64,000 nt of DNA from Bacteroidales bacterium (GCA_036743455.1 DAINPM010000001.1:30044-94043), one strand, 5' to 3'. Positions 36,936-47,297 are shown, numbered from the stretch's first letter. Notes: a model not told the origin generated them from the letters alone. A program made the numbers and translations.

Positions 36936-38336
36936 TCAATTATTTTCTCTTGCCATCCTGAGAGCAGTAGTAGTAGTATAATATTTTGTTATCATACCTT
37001 TTATCTCCCATTCAGGCAGCTTTCCGGCTTTAATGTATTCAAGAAATACTGATGTAACTTCTCCGAAATGTTCTTCGTGTGTAACCCTGTATTCCTGAGG
37101 TATATCTATTTTAATCACATTCTCTCCAGCCATTGTAGTCTCAAGACCATTATAGGGTAATGAAGCAAGGGTTGTCTCAAGTTTAGCCCTGAATGAATTT
37201 AACGATTCTCCTTTAATATTTTCGACATATAATGCAGGCACAAAGTTTTCTTTCATCCCCTGTCTTATAACCAGATCACATTTCGATCCGTGCATCACTG
37301 AATAATGAGTGTCACCACCTCCGGGAGGTGCTTCATAATTCCATGTCACCGACACTTTTGCCCATATTCCCTTGATCTGATAAATAATCTCACCGTTTGA
37401 ATAAACATATAATTGTCCATTCTTAACATCTTTCTGCAGAAAATCCGGAAAATCATTAATTCCGGTTACTTTGGTGAATTCCTCTTTTGAAATCATTGTG
37501 GGCCATCTCTTAGCATCCGCTATTTCTACGTCAGAAGGATAAAGAAGCTGGCCGGGAAAACATTCCCATTGAATCAGGTCTACCAGATGGGTAGTCACAT
37601 CTGCCATACCTTCTCCCTGTTGTTCCACATCGAAGAACCAGGCAGGTCGCTGTAAAGGAGTTCCGGATACTATTTTTGAAAAATGGTGAACACTTTCTTT
37701 GACAATAGCAGGGTCTTCTTTTGTTCCTGCTGACAGTTGTCCGAAAATCTCTTCTTTCTGCGACAATAGTTTCTGGAGTATGGTAGTAATCTCATAGCGC
37801 TCTGTCATAATATCATACAATAATATTCCCTTTCCCTCTGCAACACGAAAAGCTTCCTCCAAAGCCGGAAAATCATCCGGCGATATTATAACCGGTTTAT
37901 CTGCCAAGACATTAAGCCCTGCATTAACCGACCGGCTGATATATTCTGCTTTTTTCCTGTTATTCCCTGAAAGAACAACCACATTACCCGCTTTTTCTTC
38001 GAGCATCTTTTCAAAGAAATCGTCTCCTGTATAAATTATTGTATTCCAGTTTGTCGGATTATCTGCACGATTATTATATGAATTAATCCGGTCAATATGT
38101 TGTAAATGATCCGGACCCTCCGGTGCATATAAGTGCACGGTTGGAGAGACCTGATCATACATAGTCTTTTGAACGAGAGCGGCATGAAAATGACCCGGGT
38201 CAACCGTGATAAGGTGTACCTGGTAGTTATTATCCATATTTTTTTCAGATTTTTTATCAGATTGTCTGCCGGATCCTCCTGATCCGCATGAAAACAGTAA
38301 AAAAGACACAAGAATTACAAAGTAATATCTCATCAT
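36936..38336 (-). CDS. Lipoprotein with NAD-type N-terminal half and putative 'oxidoreductase C-terminal domain' (ox_reductase_C-like)
   Basis: Lipoprotein signal LLFSCGSGG. LITVDPGHFHAALVQK and LADKPV resemble the family as I remember it. Not verified by search. Confidence 0.5.
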   Translation of the reverse strand: MMRYYFVILVSFLLFSCGSGGSGRQSDKKSEKNMDNNYQVHLITVDPGHFHAALVQKTMYDQVSPTVHLYAPEGPDHLQHIDRINSYNNRADNPTNWNTIIYTGDDFFEKMLEEKAGNVVVLSGNNRKKAEYISRSVNAGLNVLADKPVIISPDDFPALEEAFRVAEGKGILLYDIMTERYEITTILQKLLSQKEEIFGQLSAGTKEDPAIVKESVHHFSKIVSGTPLQRPAWFFDVEQQGEGMADVTTHLVDLIQWECFPGQLLYPSDVEIADAKRWPTMISKEEFTKVTGINDFPDFLQKDVKNGQLYVYSNGEIIYQIKGIWAKVSVTWNYEAPPGGGDTHYSVMHGSKCDLVIRQGMKENFVPALYVENIKGESLNSFRAKLETTLASLPYNGLETTMAGENVIKIDIPQEYRVTHEEHFGEVTSVFLEYIKAGKLPEWEIKGMITKYYTTTTALRMARENN

Positions 38337-38411
38337 ATTTTATATTTTTTATGGTGATTATTAGTTCCTGGAATCATGAAGATCTTGACAAAAGGAATTA
38401 ATAAATTCATA

Positions 38412-39671
38412 TTAGTCCTGACTTATTGTTACTATAGGGGGAAAAGCAAAATCATTCCATAATCTTTCTGCTGTTGTTTTATCAATTTTACCATCATAAA
38501 CCATCATTCTGTATTTCAGTCTGTAAAGATTTCCGGGGTGGAGCTGCCATTCTTTTAGTCTGATAGGAGTAAATTCAAAATACACATCTCCTCTCCCGTT
38601 TGAGTTTTCGGGCCACACTCTCATTGGTTCCGGGTGTTCTCTGTTAGTAGGGTATGAGAAAAAAACTATTCCTGAATTACCTTTGTTTTCAAAACTGCCA
38701 TTAATGTCAGTCCATCTTGATCTGGTACCATCTGCATTAACCCTTGTTTTTCCTTCGGAAGTAAGCACAGTACTGTTATCCTTCGTCCATTCCTCTGTTG
38801 CTCTGAACCCTATCCCTCCTCCATAACGATATGCTTCCATGATAACAGGAGATGATCCGGCTACCGACAAAAAGGTTGTCAGATCAACTATATATGCATC
38901 AAGTCCGGGCACCGGGTCAGTGTTCCATGCACGTACATCCCATACTTCATTCAGGGCAAGCTTCTCAGGGTCGGCTCCCTGGAAATCTATATGATCCTGC
39001 TTTATTGAAAAACCTCCGTAGACAGGACCATTGATTATTGAGTTAATACCTGCAAACTTCACGGTACCTTGTTTGCTGAAAAGATTCCAGAAGTCAGTAA
39101 CATGATCATCAATTTTCGCTTTTGTCCATGGATTCCATATCCCAAAATGGTGATAATGGTCCGGAGCCCATATTCTTGTTAATACATTACCTGAAGGTGA
39201 AATCAACGGGTGTATAAAACCGCTCCTTTTGAAAACTGTATCCACTCCTTCAGGCGGATAGAGGACTGAGGCCTGATAATGAAGTATTTCGGAGTTTTCT
39301 TTTTTAAGAATAATATTATCACCTGTAAATGTAGAAGTAATAATGTTTTCTACAGGTTCAGGTTCATTGCTAAAAAGAAAGAACTCTCTCTTACTGCCAG
39401 GTTCAGTAGTGCCGTCAAGTATTAACCATAACTGCGACACATATCCTGGTTCAATCTGAAATAATTTTTCTGCCATTTGTCCGTTTATCTTCTCAAATAA
39501 ACGGAATGACAGGCTATCACTGGTGGTTATCCCTTCCATATTAACATAAACAGGAGTATTGATACGCTGTAACTCTCCTGCTTCGACATAAAAATGAAGT
39601 ACCTGATTTTTCTGGCAGATCAGTGAAACCGAAAAAAACAGAGAAAATGCAAATAGAAATAACTTCTTCAT
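38412..39671 (-). CDS. PmoA-like (DUF6807) family protein with extra N-terminal domain, secreted
   Basis: Signal peptide. Core SGFIHPLISPSGNVLTRIWAPDHYHHFGIWNPW...DFWNL matches the family signature (..HPL.tPsG..lT...P.DH.HH.G......DFW). Confidence 0.65.
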   Translation of the reverse strand: MKKLFLFAFSLFFSVSLICQKNQVLHFYVEAGELQRINTPVYVNMEGITTSDSLSFRLFEKINGQMAEKLFQIEPGYVSQLWLILDGTTEPGSKREFFLFSNEPEPVENIITSTFTGDNIILKKENSEILHYQASVLYPPEGVDTVFKRSGFIHPLISPSGNVLTRIWAPDHYHHFGIWNPWTKAKIDDHVTDFWNLFSKQGTVKFAGINSIINGPVYGGFSIKQDHIDFQGADPEKLALNEVWDVRAWNTDPVPGLDAYIVDLTTFLSVAGSSPVIMEAYRYGGGIGFRATEEWTKDNSTVLTSEGKTRVNADGTRSRWTDINGSFENKGNSGIVFFSYPTNREHPEPMRVWPENSNGRGDVYFEFTPIRLKEWQLHPGNLYRLKYRMMVYDGKIDKTTAERLWNDFAFPPIVTISQD

Positions 39672-39677
39672 CTGGCA

Positions 39678-40715
39678 TTATTTTGAATATGTTTTAACTG
39701 TCCGGATAAAAGCATTCAGATTGACATCTTTCACCTCTGGTGCCATACCACCTCCCACAGACCAGATAATGCGCTCATGGTCAGGTATTTCGTCAAATGC
39801 TTTTTTAACAGCCTCTTCTACCTGTTGTGGCGTTCCGTTAGCAACAACATCCCGTGGAGGCACATTACCTACCAGAACTACTTCGGGGCCGGCCAGATCC
39901 CTTATCTCTTTCATAGTATGATTAAATGAAAAGTTGAACATATTCACTCCCATCTCTTTAAGATTGGCTGCAGTGATCAGGCCGTCGGCATCATTATGGA
40001 GGAATCTGGCTTTTGCGCCGGTACATGAAAATATTCTTTTAAAATATGGTATTACAAATTCACTGAATTCAACTTCACCTACGAACCCGATTAAATCGTC
40101 AAGTATCAGTACTCCATCTATTGAAGGGAAACATTCTTTCTGCCAGCAAAGCCAGTCACAGGTAAAATCACTTATTTTCTTTAACAGTTTATGTGAATTA
40201 TCGGGATCCATGGCCAGCGCCATCATAAATTCAGTAGTACCCATAAGGAAACTTGCAACATTCAGGGGACCTCTTGCGATGGCAAATCTGATCTGATGAT
40301 CAGCATCTTTTATAGCTTGTTCGTTATTTCGCAGACGGCTTATCATAAAAGGCAATAATCCGTCAGTCTTCACATCAGGCTGGGGAACAGAATCTGTCTC
40401 ATCTATTGATTCTATTATTTTATCTGCATGAGGGAGACTTTGTTCAAGAAAAACCATTCTTGACCCGAAAGCTGAAGGTTCTGTACACATCCCATATTCC
40501 GACCAGAATCCGGGGAGAAACCAGGCATCAGGAAAAGTATTGATCATTTTAAGATTAGCCTTAAGCCACAGGTCATCCGAAGCATAATAATCAACTGTTG
40601 AGATCCCATACCATCCAGGGATCCAGGGGCTGTCGACAATAAAACCGGAAGGCTGGTAGTTAAGTTTTTCACCGTCAATCATCCTGATTAAATCATCCCA
40701 TGAAGAATTACGCAT
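39678..40715 (-). CDS. Uroporphyrinogen decarboxylase (URO-D)/MtaA-superfamily protein, cytoplasmic
   Basis: 345 aa, no signal peptide. Overall pattern (GMCTEPSAFGSRMVFLEQSLPHA, ...RGPLNVASFLMG..., ...FLHNDADG...) resembles URO-D-like TIM-barrel proteins. 6 nt upstream of the PmoA-like gene. Confidence 0.5.
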   Translation of the reverse strand: MRNSSWDDLIRMIDGEKLNYQPSGFIVDSPWIPGWYGISTVDYYASDDLWLKANLKMINTFPDAWFLPGFWSEYGMCTEPSAFGSRMVFLEQSLPHADKIIESIDETDSVPQPDVKTDGLLPFMISRLRNNEQAIKDADHQIRFAIARGPLNVASFLMGTTEFMMALAMDPDNSHKLLKKISDFTCDWLCWQKECFPSIDGVLILDDLIGFVGEVEFSEFVIPYFKRIFSCTGAKARFLHNDADGLITAANLKEMGVNMFNFSFNHTMKEIRDLAGPEVVLVGNVPPRDVVANGTPQQVEEAVKKAFDEIPDHERIIWSVGGGMAPEVKDVNLNAFIRTVKTYSK

Positions 40716-40833
40716 AAATATTTTTATTTTAAATTAAACAATCAGCAATACAGGTAATAAAATTGATAAAATATTTCGACAGAAAAAAATTTATTGTATC
40801 CTTCCTTCATAAATGCATAGACAAGACTATTTG

Positions 40834-43725
40834 TCAGATCTGCAGTTTTATATTCTCCATCCGGTAGCTCTCCACCGGATCGCATGTACAGACAAGATTA
40901 CGGTCGCCGTAACTGTCATCAACTCTTCCCACGGGAGGCCAGAATTTATTTTCGAGGGTCCAGGGAGCAGGGAAAGCTGCTTTCTCCCTCGTATAGGCAT
41001 GGTCCCATTCATCGGATGTTGCCATTCTTGCGGTATGAGGAGCATTACGAAGAACATTATCTTCCCCGTCGGCTTTCCCTTCTTTTATTTCTTCTATCTC
41101 TGTCCTGATCGATTTCATGGCAGCTATAAACCTGTCGAGTTCTTTTAGTGATTCCGATTCTGTAGGTTCAACCATCAGAGTACCATGAACAGGGAAAGAG
41201 AGGGTGGGAGCATGAAAACCATAATCCATAAGTCTTTTTGCTATATCGGATTCATTAACCCCGGCTTCAGCTTTAAACTCTCTGCAGTCGAGTATCAGTT
41301 CATGAGCTACAAATCCTTTTTTGCCTTTATAAAGAGTCTTGTAATGGTTTTTTAAAGAAGAAGATATATAGTTGGCATTCAGTATGGCATATATAGAAGC
41401 ACGGGTCAGTCCTTCCCTTCCCATCATCATGACATATGCATGCGATATTGTTAATATATGAGCGCTTCCGAAAGGTGCTGCGGCAACAGATCCTATGGCA
41501 CGGGTACCTCCTGTTCTGACGAAAGGATGTGTTGGCATGAAGTCGGCGAGTTGGGAATTTGCCAGTACAGGCCCCATTCCCGGGCCTCCTCCTCCGTGAG
41601 GTATAGCGAAAGTCTTATGCAGGTTAAGATGACATATATCAGCGCCAATCCGGGCCGGACTGGTAAGACCGGTCTGCGCATTCATATTGGCACCATCCAT
41701 GTAAACCATGCCTCCATTCTCATGAATGATACGGGCCATTTCAACAACCTCTTCCTCAAAAACGCCATGTGTCGAAGGATAAGTTATCATAAAAGCAGCA
41801 AGAGTATCTTTGTTCTCTTCTGCTTTCTTTCTAAGATCGTTAACATTGATATTACCCGATTCGTCACAATTGACAACAACAACATTCATCCCTGCCATCA
41901 CAGTACTGGCAGGGTTTGTTCCATGAGCTGATGAGGGGATCAGTACAACATTCCTTTGTGGATTACCATTACTCCTGTGATATTCTCTTATTACCAATAA
42001 TCCTGTATATTCACCTGCAGCTCCCGAATTAGGCTGAAAAGAAACAGAAGAAAAGCCTGTTATTGCTTTTAATGATTCGCCAAGCTCTTGCATCATTCTA
42101 TAGTAACCATCTGCCTGGTAAACAGGAACAAAGGGATGAATATTAGCAAATTCAGGCCAGCTTAGTGCAAACATTGCTGTTGCCGGATTCAGTTTCATTG
42201 TACAGGAACCGAGAGGTATCATGCTGTGCGTTAAGGATATATCCTTTCTTTCAAGCATTTTTATATACCTCATCATTTCAGTTTCACTGTGATAGCTTGT
42301 AAATGCAGGTTTTTCAAGAAAAGCTGAAGTTCTGAGAAAACGCTTATCAATATCTGTGTCATCGAGGAATGAATCCGCATTCCTGGTTTTCTTACCACCG
42401 GCTCCTGCAAAAATATTTATGATATTATTTATATCCTGCAAAGAGGTGATTTCATCAGTGCTTATGCTAACAATATTTTTTTCGGGAAAGAAGAAATTGT
42501 AGCCTTTTGTTTCAGCATATGACATAAGTTTTATTGCGGGCAACATAGGCGGAAGTTCTATTCTTACAGTATCAAAGAAAGAAGTGTTTAATTGCCTTAA
42601 TCCCATCTCTTTTAATGCATTATTGAGTGTACATGCCGATTTATGGATATGCATGGAGATATTTTTCAAACCCTCTGGTCCGTGATACTGTGCATACATA
42701 CCGCTCATTGTTGCAAGAAGAGCCTGTGCCGTACAAATATTCGAAGTTGCTTTTTCCCGCCTTATATGTTGCTCTCTTGTCTGGAGCGCCATTCTTAGCG
42801 CAGTATTTCCCTGTTTATCGACAGATACTCCTATGATTCTTCCGGGCATACTTCTTTTAAGTTCATCTTTCGTAGCGAAATAACCGGCATGAGGACCTCC
42901 GTAACTCATTGGCAAACCGAATCTTTGATTTGATCCCACAACAATATCTGCGCCCCATTCACCAGGAGGCCGGAGCAGTGCCAGGCTCATAAGGTCGGCT
43001 GCTACTGCCACAAGCATACCCGTACTGTGTGCTTTTGAAGTGAATTCCTCATAATCATTTATTCTTCCTGAAGCAGCAGGATATTGCAAAAATGCCCCAA
43101 AAAAACTCTTGTCTAAAACGACACTGTCATACTCACCCATTACCAGTTCTATTCCAAGTGCTTCAGCCCTGGTTGTCAGTACTGCTATAGTCTGGATAAA
43201 TATATCTTTATCAATAAAAAATTTAACAGCACCTTCCTTAACAGCATTTCGCGACCTTGAGTTAAACATCATTATCATAGCTTCTGCTGCCGCTGTAGCT
43301 TCATCCAGAAGGGAAGCATTTGCTATCTGCATCCCTGTAAGTTCAACAATCATTGTCTGAAAATTCAGTAAAGCTTCCAGCCTGCCCTGGGATATTTCAG
43401 CCTGGTAAGGTGTATAAGAGGTATACCAGGAAGGGTTTTCAAGAACATTACGGATTATAACAGAAAGAGGAGCCACACCGTAATATCCCTGACCTATAAA
43501 AGATCTTAACACTTTGTTTTTTGAACCAAGAGACCTGATATGCTCCAGATATTCATATTCACTCATCGCAGGTCGAAGATCCGGAGGTTTATCAAGTCTG
43601 ATATTTTCTGGAACAGCCCTGTCGATAAGCTGATCCAATGAGCTAACTCCAATTACATTAAGCATTTGAGAAATATCCTCTATGCGCAATCCGTTATGAC
43701 GGTGTTCATACTTATCGTAAGTCAT
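40834..43725 (-). CDS. gcvP: Glycine dehydrogenase (aminomethyl-transferring), single-chain P protein
   Basis: 963 aa. PLP-lysine context CHLNLHKTFAIPHGGGGPG. N-terminal FIGQGYYG...YTPYQAEISQGRLEALLNFQTM. Confidence 0.95.
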   Translation of the reverse strand: MTYDKYEHRHNGLRIEDISQMLNVIGVSSLDQLIDRAVPENIRLDKPPDLRPAMSEYEYLEHIRSLGSKNKVLRSFIGQGYYGVAPLSVIIRNVLENPSWYTSYTPYQAEISQGRLEALLNFQTMIVELTGMQIANASLLDEATAAAEAMIMMFNSRSRNAVKEGAVKFFIDKDIFIQTIAVLTTRAEALGIELVMGEYDSVVLDKSFFGAFLQYPAASGRINDYEEFTSKAHSTGMLVAVAADLMSLALLRPPGEWGADIVVGSNQRFGLPMSYGGPHAGYFATKDELKRSMPGRIIGVSVDKQGNTALRMALQTREQHIRREKATSNICTAQALLATMSGMYAQYHGPEGLKNISMHIHKSACTLNNALKEMGLRQLNTSFFDTVRIELPPMLPAIKLMSYAETKGYNFFFPEKNIVSISTDEITSLQDINNIINIFAGAGGKKTRNADSFLDDTDIDKRFLRTSAFLEKPAFTSYHSETEMMRYIKMLERKDISLTHSMIPLGSCTMKLNPATAMFALSWPEFANIHPFVPVYQADGYYRMMQELGESLKAITGFSSVSFQPNSGAAGEYTGLLVIREYHRSNGNPQRNVVLIPSSAHGTNPASTVMAGMNVVVVNCDESGNINVNDLRKKAEENKDTLAAFMITYPSTHGVFEEEVVEMARIIHENGGMVYMDGANMNAQTGLTSPARIGADICHLNLHKTFAIPHGGGGPGMGPVLANSQLADFMPTHPFVRTGGTRAIGSVAAAPFGSAHILTISHAYVMMMGREGLTRASIYAILNANYISSSLKNHYKTLYKGKKGFVAHELILDCREFKAEAGVNESDIAKRLMDYGFHAPTLSFPVHGTLMVEPTESESLKELDRFIAAMKSIRTEIEEIKEGKADGEDNVLRNAPHTARMATSDEWDHAYTREKAAFPAPWTLENKFWPPVGRVDDSYGDRNLVCTCDPVESYRMENIKLQI

Positions 43726-43794
43726 ATTGAAAATAATTTATATTGTTAACACTTTAAAAGACTATCTGGATCAGGCTTTTATGTTGATGTTTCA

Positions 43795-44463
43795 CTATAT
43801 CGTAGATCCGGGATTATTTTTCCTTTTATCCATTAAAAAAGGGTTTGTCGCGATTTCATTTCCAATTGTAGTCTTTTTCCCATGACCCGGATAAACGACT
43901 GTGGAAGGAGGAAGAGTAAATAGTTTGTTCTTAATACTATTGACAAGAGTATTATAATCTCCCCCTGGCAAATCAGTCCTGCCAATAGTCCCGGCAAAAA
44001 GAGCATCTCCGGTAAAAACCATATTTTCCTTTTCACAGTAAAAGGCAAGACTTCCCGGAGAATGCCCCGGCACATGCAATGCCTTGAAATTTAATATTTC
44101 TGACACTATGGTCTGATTATCCTCAATCAGACCTGCCGGTTCTGGCGGTTCATCCATTTGCAATCCGAAAAATCCGGCAAACATGACCGCATTCTTTCTG
44201 TTTTTCTCCTCTTCCTTATGACAAAGAGTACCCAGACCATATTCACTGAAAAACCTTCCATTACCAAAGATATGATCAAGATGACAGTGTGTATTAAGTA
44301 ATAGAACCGGTTTAAGATTTTCTGATTTAATAAAAGATGTCAGTTTTTCAAATTCCTCCTCTGTATAACAGCCGCAATCAATAACAATACATTTTCCTGA
44401 AGGATCAGCAACAATATAGGTATTTACTTCTATGGGAGAGAAAACCATTGTAAAGACTTTCAT
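43795..44463 (-). CDS. MBL-fold metallo-hydrolase (glyoxalase II-like)
   Basis: HCHLDH metal motif, HVPGHSPGS, GDALF. Confidence 0.85.
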   Translation of the reverse strand: MKVFTMVFSPIEVNTYIVADPSGKCIVIDCGCYTEEEFEKLTSFIKSENLKPVLLLNTHCHLDHIFGNGRFFSEYGLGTLCHKEEEKNRKNAVMFAGFFGLQMDEPPEPAGLIEDNQTIVSEILNFKALHVPGHSPGSLAFYCEKENMVFTGDALFAGTIGRTDLPGGDYNTLVNSIKNKLFTLPPSTVVYPGHGKKTTIGNEIATNPFLMDKRKNNPGSTI

Positions 44464-44469
44464 AACAAT

Positions 44470-45120
44470 TTATTTTCCGTTAACTGTTCCTTTCAGCATG
44501 GGAACAAAGACAAACAATCCGTGAGTTGAGTATTCATAATTATCTTCTCCTTTTTTTGTTACAAGGGTCATCACCTGGGAATCGTTTGATCCCACAGGTG
44601 CTACCAGACGTCCTCCTGTCTTAAGTTGCTTAAGTAATGTCTCCGGTATTTTTTCCGTTGCAGCAGTTAAGATGATACCATCATAAGGACCATACTGGGG
44701 TTTCCCCTCATATCCGTCACCGTAGAAGAAATCTGCAGAATAGCCGAGGGAAGTAAGAGTAGATTGTGCTTTCAGGTAAAGTTCCCGGAAACGTTCGATG
44801 GTATATACCCTGGCTCCCATCTCAAGCAACACAGCAGCCTGATAACCCGAGCCTGTTCCTATCTCAAGAATTTTGCTTCTCTTTCTGACCTCCAGTAAAG
44901 AAGTCTGCATAGCAACAGTATAAGGCTGTGATATAGTTTGCCCTGAAGCTATAGGAAAAGCTTTATCAACATAGGCATGAATCAGAAATGCAGGATCCAT
45001 AAATTCATGTCTGGGCACATTATTGATAGCCCTTAAGACGTCCTCGTCAGTTATTCCTTTTAGTCGAAGCTCTTCTACCAGCTTCTTCCTCTTTCCTTTA
45101 GCTTCAAAATCATCTATCAT
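44470..45120 (-). CDS. pcm: Protein-L-isoaspartate O-methyltransferase
   Basis: ATG 45120 (MIDDFEAKG...) is preferred over track start 45159. GQTISQPY, SAM motif ILEIGTGSGYQAAVL. Confidence 0.9.
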   Translation of the reverse strand: MIDDFEAKGKRKKLVEELRLKGITDEDVLRAINNVPRHEFMDPAFLIHAYVDKAFPIASGQTISQPYTVAMQTSLLEVRKRSKILEIGTGSGYQAAVLLEMGARVYTIERFRELYLKAQSTLTSLGYSADFFYGDGYEGKPQYGPYDGIILTAATEKIPETLLKQLKTGGRLVAPVGSNDSQVMTLVTKKGEDNYEYSTHGLFVFVPMLKGTVNGK

Positions 45121-45303
45121 GAGCAAAAAATCAGGTTTCAAACAAACAAAAATAAACAAATTGTAACAGGTGATTTATTGTTTCTCTCAGAGGTTAATAT
45201 TTTGTTGATATCCTTTGACCTTTTAATAACAATATCCTTTGACCCACATGTAAGATTTTTCCCTATTTTGCGTAAAATAACTTTAGACCACCGGCCTGTC
45301 GAT

Positions 45304-45909
45304 ATGAATAATTATGCAGTAAATAAAATTACTGAAACACTCAGATACGGGACAGGTTTTTTGATTGCCCTTACAGTTATACTAATCCTTAGTCCCCTGA
45401 TAATAATCATGACAATCCTCATAAAGATTTCCGGGACTGGACCAGTCATCTATTCTCAGGACCGTATCGGGAAAAACGGGAAGCCCTTTATGATCTATAA
45501 ATTCCGATCTATGAAATATGATGCTGAAACGGGAGAACCCATGTTATCCGGTCTCGGTCAGGAAAGGATAACCCGGATTGGACGTTTCATCAGGAAATAC
45601 CGTATTGATGAGATCCCAAATTTCCTTAACATTTTAAAAGGGGACATGACTCTTGTTGGTCCTCGTCCGGAAAGAAAGTTCTTTATTGATCAATTAGAAA
45701 AAAGAGTACCTGAGATCATTGAACTTCAGAAAATAAAACCCGGAATAACATCCTGGGGAGAGATAAAATATGGTTATGCTTCAAATGTCGATCAGATGGT
45801 TGAAAGGCTCAGGTACGATCTCTATTATTTAAAACACCGCTCCCTTCTCTTTGATCTGAAAATAGTGATCCTTACCATTGGCACAATAATACGGGGGGAA
45901 GGGCTGTAA
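45304..45909 (+). CDS. Small monotopic phosphoglycosyl (bacterial sugar) transferase
   Basis: The track ORF starts at TTG 45178; ATG 45304 is preferred. One N-terminal membrane segment. KFRSM, DEIPNFLNILKGDMTLVGPRP, KPGITSWGEI. Confidence 0.85.
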   Translation: MNNYAVNKITETLRYGTGFLIALTVILILSPLIIIMTILIKISGTGPVIYSQDRIGKNGKPFMIYKFRSMKYDAETGEPMLSGLGQERITRIGRFIRKYRIDEIPNFLNILKGDMTLVGPRPERKFFIDQLEKRVPEIIELQKIKPGITSWGEIKYGYASNVDQMVERLRYDLYYLKHRSLLFDLKIVILTIGTIIRGEGL

Positions 45910-45981
45910 CTGAAAAAAATCTGACAATACTTCAGTTTATTAAACTTCCAGATGATTCAATACTTTAACAGCCCGGGCCAA

Positions 45982-46539
45982 TCACATTAACGGGAACAGT
46001 CCGAGAGGTGTATAGACAGGGCCTGAGGGTAAAAGGGTACTTTCAAAAAGAGTTATTTTTTCAACATTAACTTCGAGTATATCAGCATCTCTGTATAAAT
46101 CAAGAACAGACCGGAGAACAGACTTGTCGTTAAGATATTTTATTCTGCCCACTGTGACATGAGGTTTAAAAGTACGCCTTTCGATATTGAAACCCTCTTT
46201 TCTCAATCCGTCTGCTATCAGATTATTTAAGCCCTTTAATTCTTCATATTGTTTTACCCCTATCCATAGTATTCCGGGATTGGACAGATCTTTAAAAACG
46301 CCCAGTCCGGACAACAGGAAACTGAATTTACCAAAACGAGGGCATACATTTTTTAACATTCTATCTAAGGATCTTACTCTGTCTTCGACAGTATCTCCAA
46401 GGAATGCAAGGGTAATATGAATATTATCCATATCGACCCATTTTATTCTTTCATTTTCAAGGCTTGATTTTACTGACTTGTAAAAGTTTTTAAGCGGTGA
46501 TAGTGGCTCTATCTTTATTCCAATAAATAATCTTTTCAA
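45982..46539 (-). CDS. thpR: RNA 2',3'-cyclic phosphodiesterase (2H family, ThpR/LigT)
   Basis: Two HxT motifs: HITLAFLG and HVTVGR. Confidence 0.85.
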   Translation of the reverse strand: MKRLFIGIKIEPLSPLKNFYKSVKSSLENERIKWVDMDNIHITLAFLGDTVEDRVRSLDRMLKNVCPRFGKFSFLLSGLGVFKDLSNPGILWIGVKQYEELKGLNNLIADGLRKEGFNIERRTFKPHVTVGRIKYLNDKSVLRSVLDLYRDADILEVNVEKITLFESTLLPSGPVYTPLGLFPLM

Positions 46540-46561
46540 CAGATTCGATATTAGTACTCAT

Positions 46562-47188
46562 TCATAATAAACCGGCTTCAATATCTCTTAAAATAGCCTC
46601 TGTAAGAGCATCCTCGCCGTAGGGATCATATTCAGCCTTGAGATTTGTCCCGAATATTCTGGCTATTCCCTGCCAGAAAACTGCTGAAAAGCCCCCCCTG
46701 TAGTCTTTTATTAACTGAAAAGAAGTGATCTGCGTCTCACGGTCCACAAGTTTGATAAGCAACTTACCCTGTGTCAGTGTCAGTTTTTTCATATCATCTT
46801 CATATTCTGCAAAGACATCTTTTTCGAGATCTTTTATATACTTTTTCCTTTCTCTGTCATCTTTAAGCCTCTCAAGATCATAATTAGCCTTGTAAAGTCT
46901 CTCTCTTACCACTATGGCATAGGGATATACTCTTTTAAGATTATAGATATGTCTTTCATAACGTTTCAGCAATGATCTGTTTCGTCTGGCTGACCGACCG
47001 CTCTCGCGTCCTAATATTGTCACTTCCCTTATCTCTACTTCAGGCAGTATCTCACCGTTACGTTCCACCCTGTTCAGGACATATAGTTGTTCGGGGACAG
47101 AGTCGGCTATTTGCAGTAAAGAGTCAGACTGTCCTGACAACATTTTCGACAGCAGGAAAAGAAATAATAATGACAAGAAGTATCTCAC
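46562..47188 (-). CDS. DUF4294 domain-containing protein
   Basis: Signal peptide. LTLTQGKLLIKLVDRETQITSFQLIKDYRGGFSAVFWQGIARIFGTNLKAEYDP matches my recollection of the DUF4294 core. Confidence 0.65.
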   Translation of the reverse strand: MRYFLSLLFLFLLSKMLSGQSDSLLQIADSVPEQLYVLNRVERNGEILPEVEIREVTILGRESGRSARRNRSLLKRYERHIYNLKRVYPYAIVVRERLYKANYDLERLKDDRERKKYIKDLEKDVFAEYEDDMKKLTLTQGKLLIKLVDRETQITSFQLIKDYRGGFSAVFWQGIARIFGTNLKAEYDPYGEDALTEAILRDIEAGLL

Positions 47189-47297
47189 TGCTCTATACTA
47201 TTTAATGCAAAGTTATCAAATAACGTACCATTTAAAAAGATATAAAAAGCACATTCTGTCATTACTTAAAAGGTTTTTATTATTCCCCCCAAACCCT

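Noticed and set aside
40813-43360. Several plus-strand ORFs (40813-41148, 40884-41108, 41458-41931, 42627-42836, 43109-43360) inside gcvP
   Set aside because: All are antisense to a full-length, motif-perfect gcvP. Their translations are low-complexity with no recognisable motifs. They are typical shadow ORFs.
43726-43794. Possible glycine riboswitch upstream of gcvP
   Set aside because: The leader is only 69 nt, too short for even one aptamer, and lacks the conserved GGAGAG...CACCG core elements.
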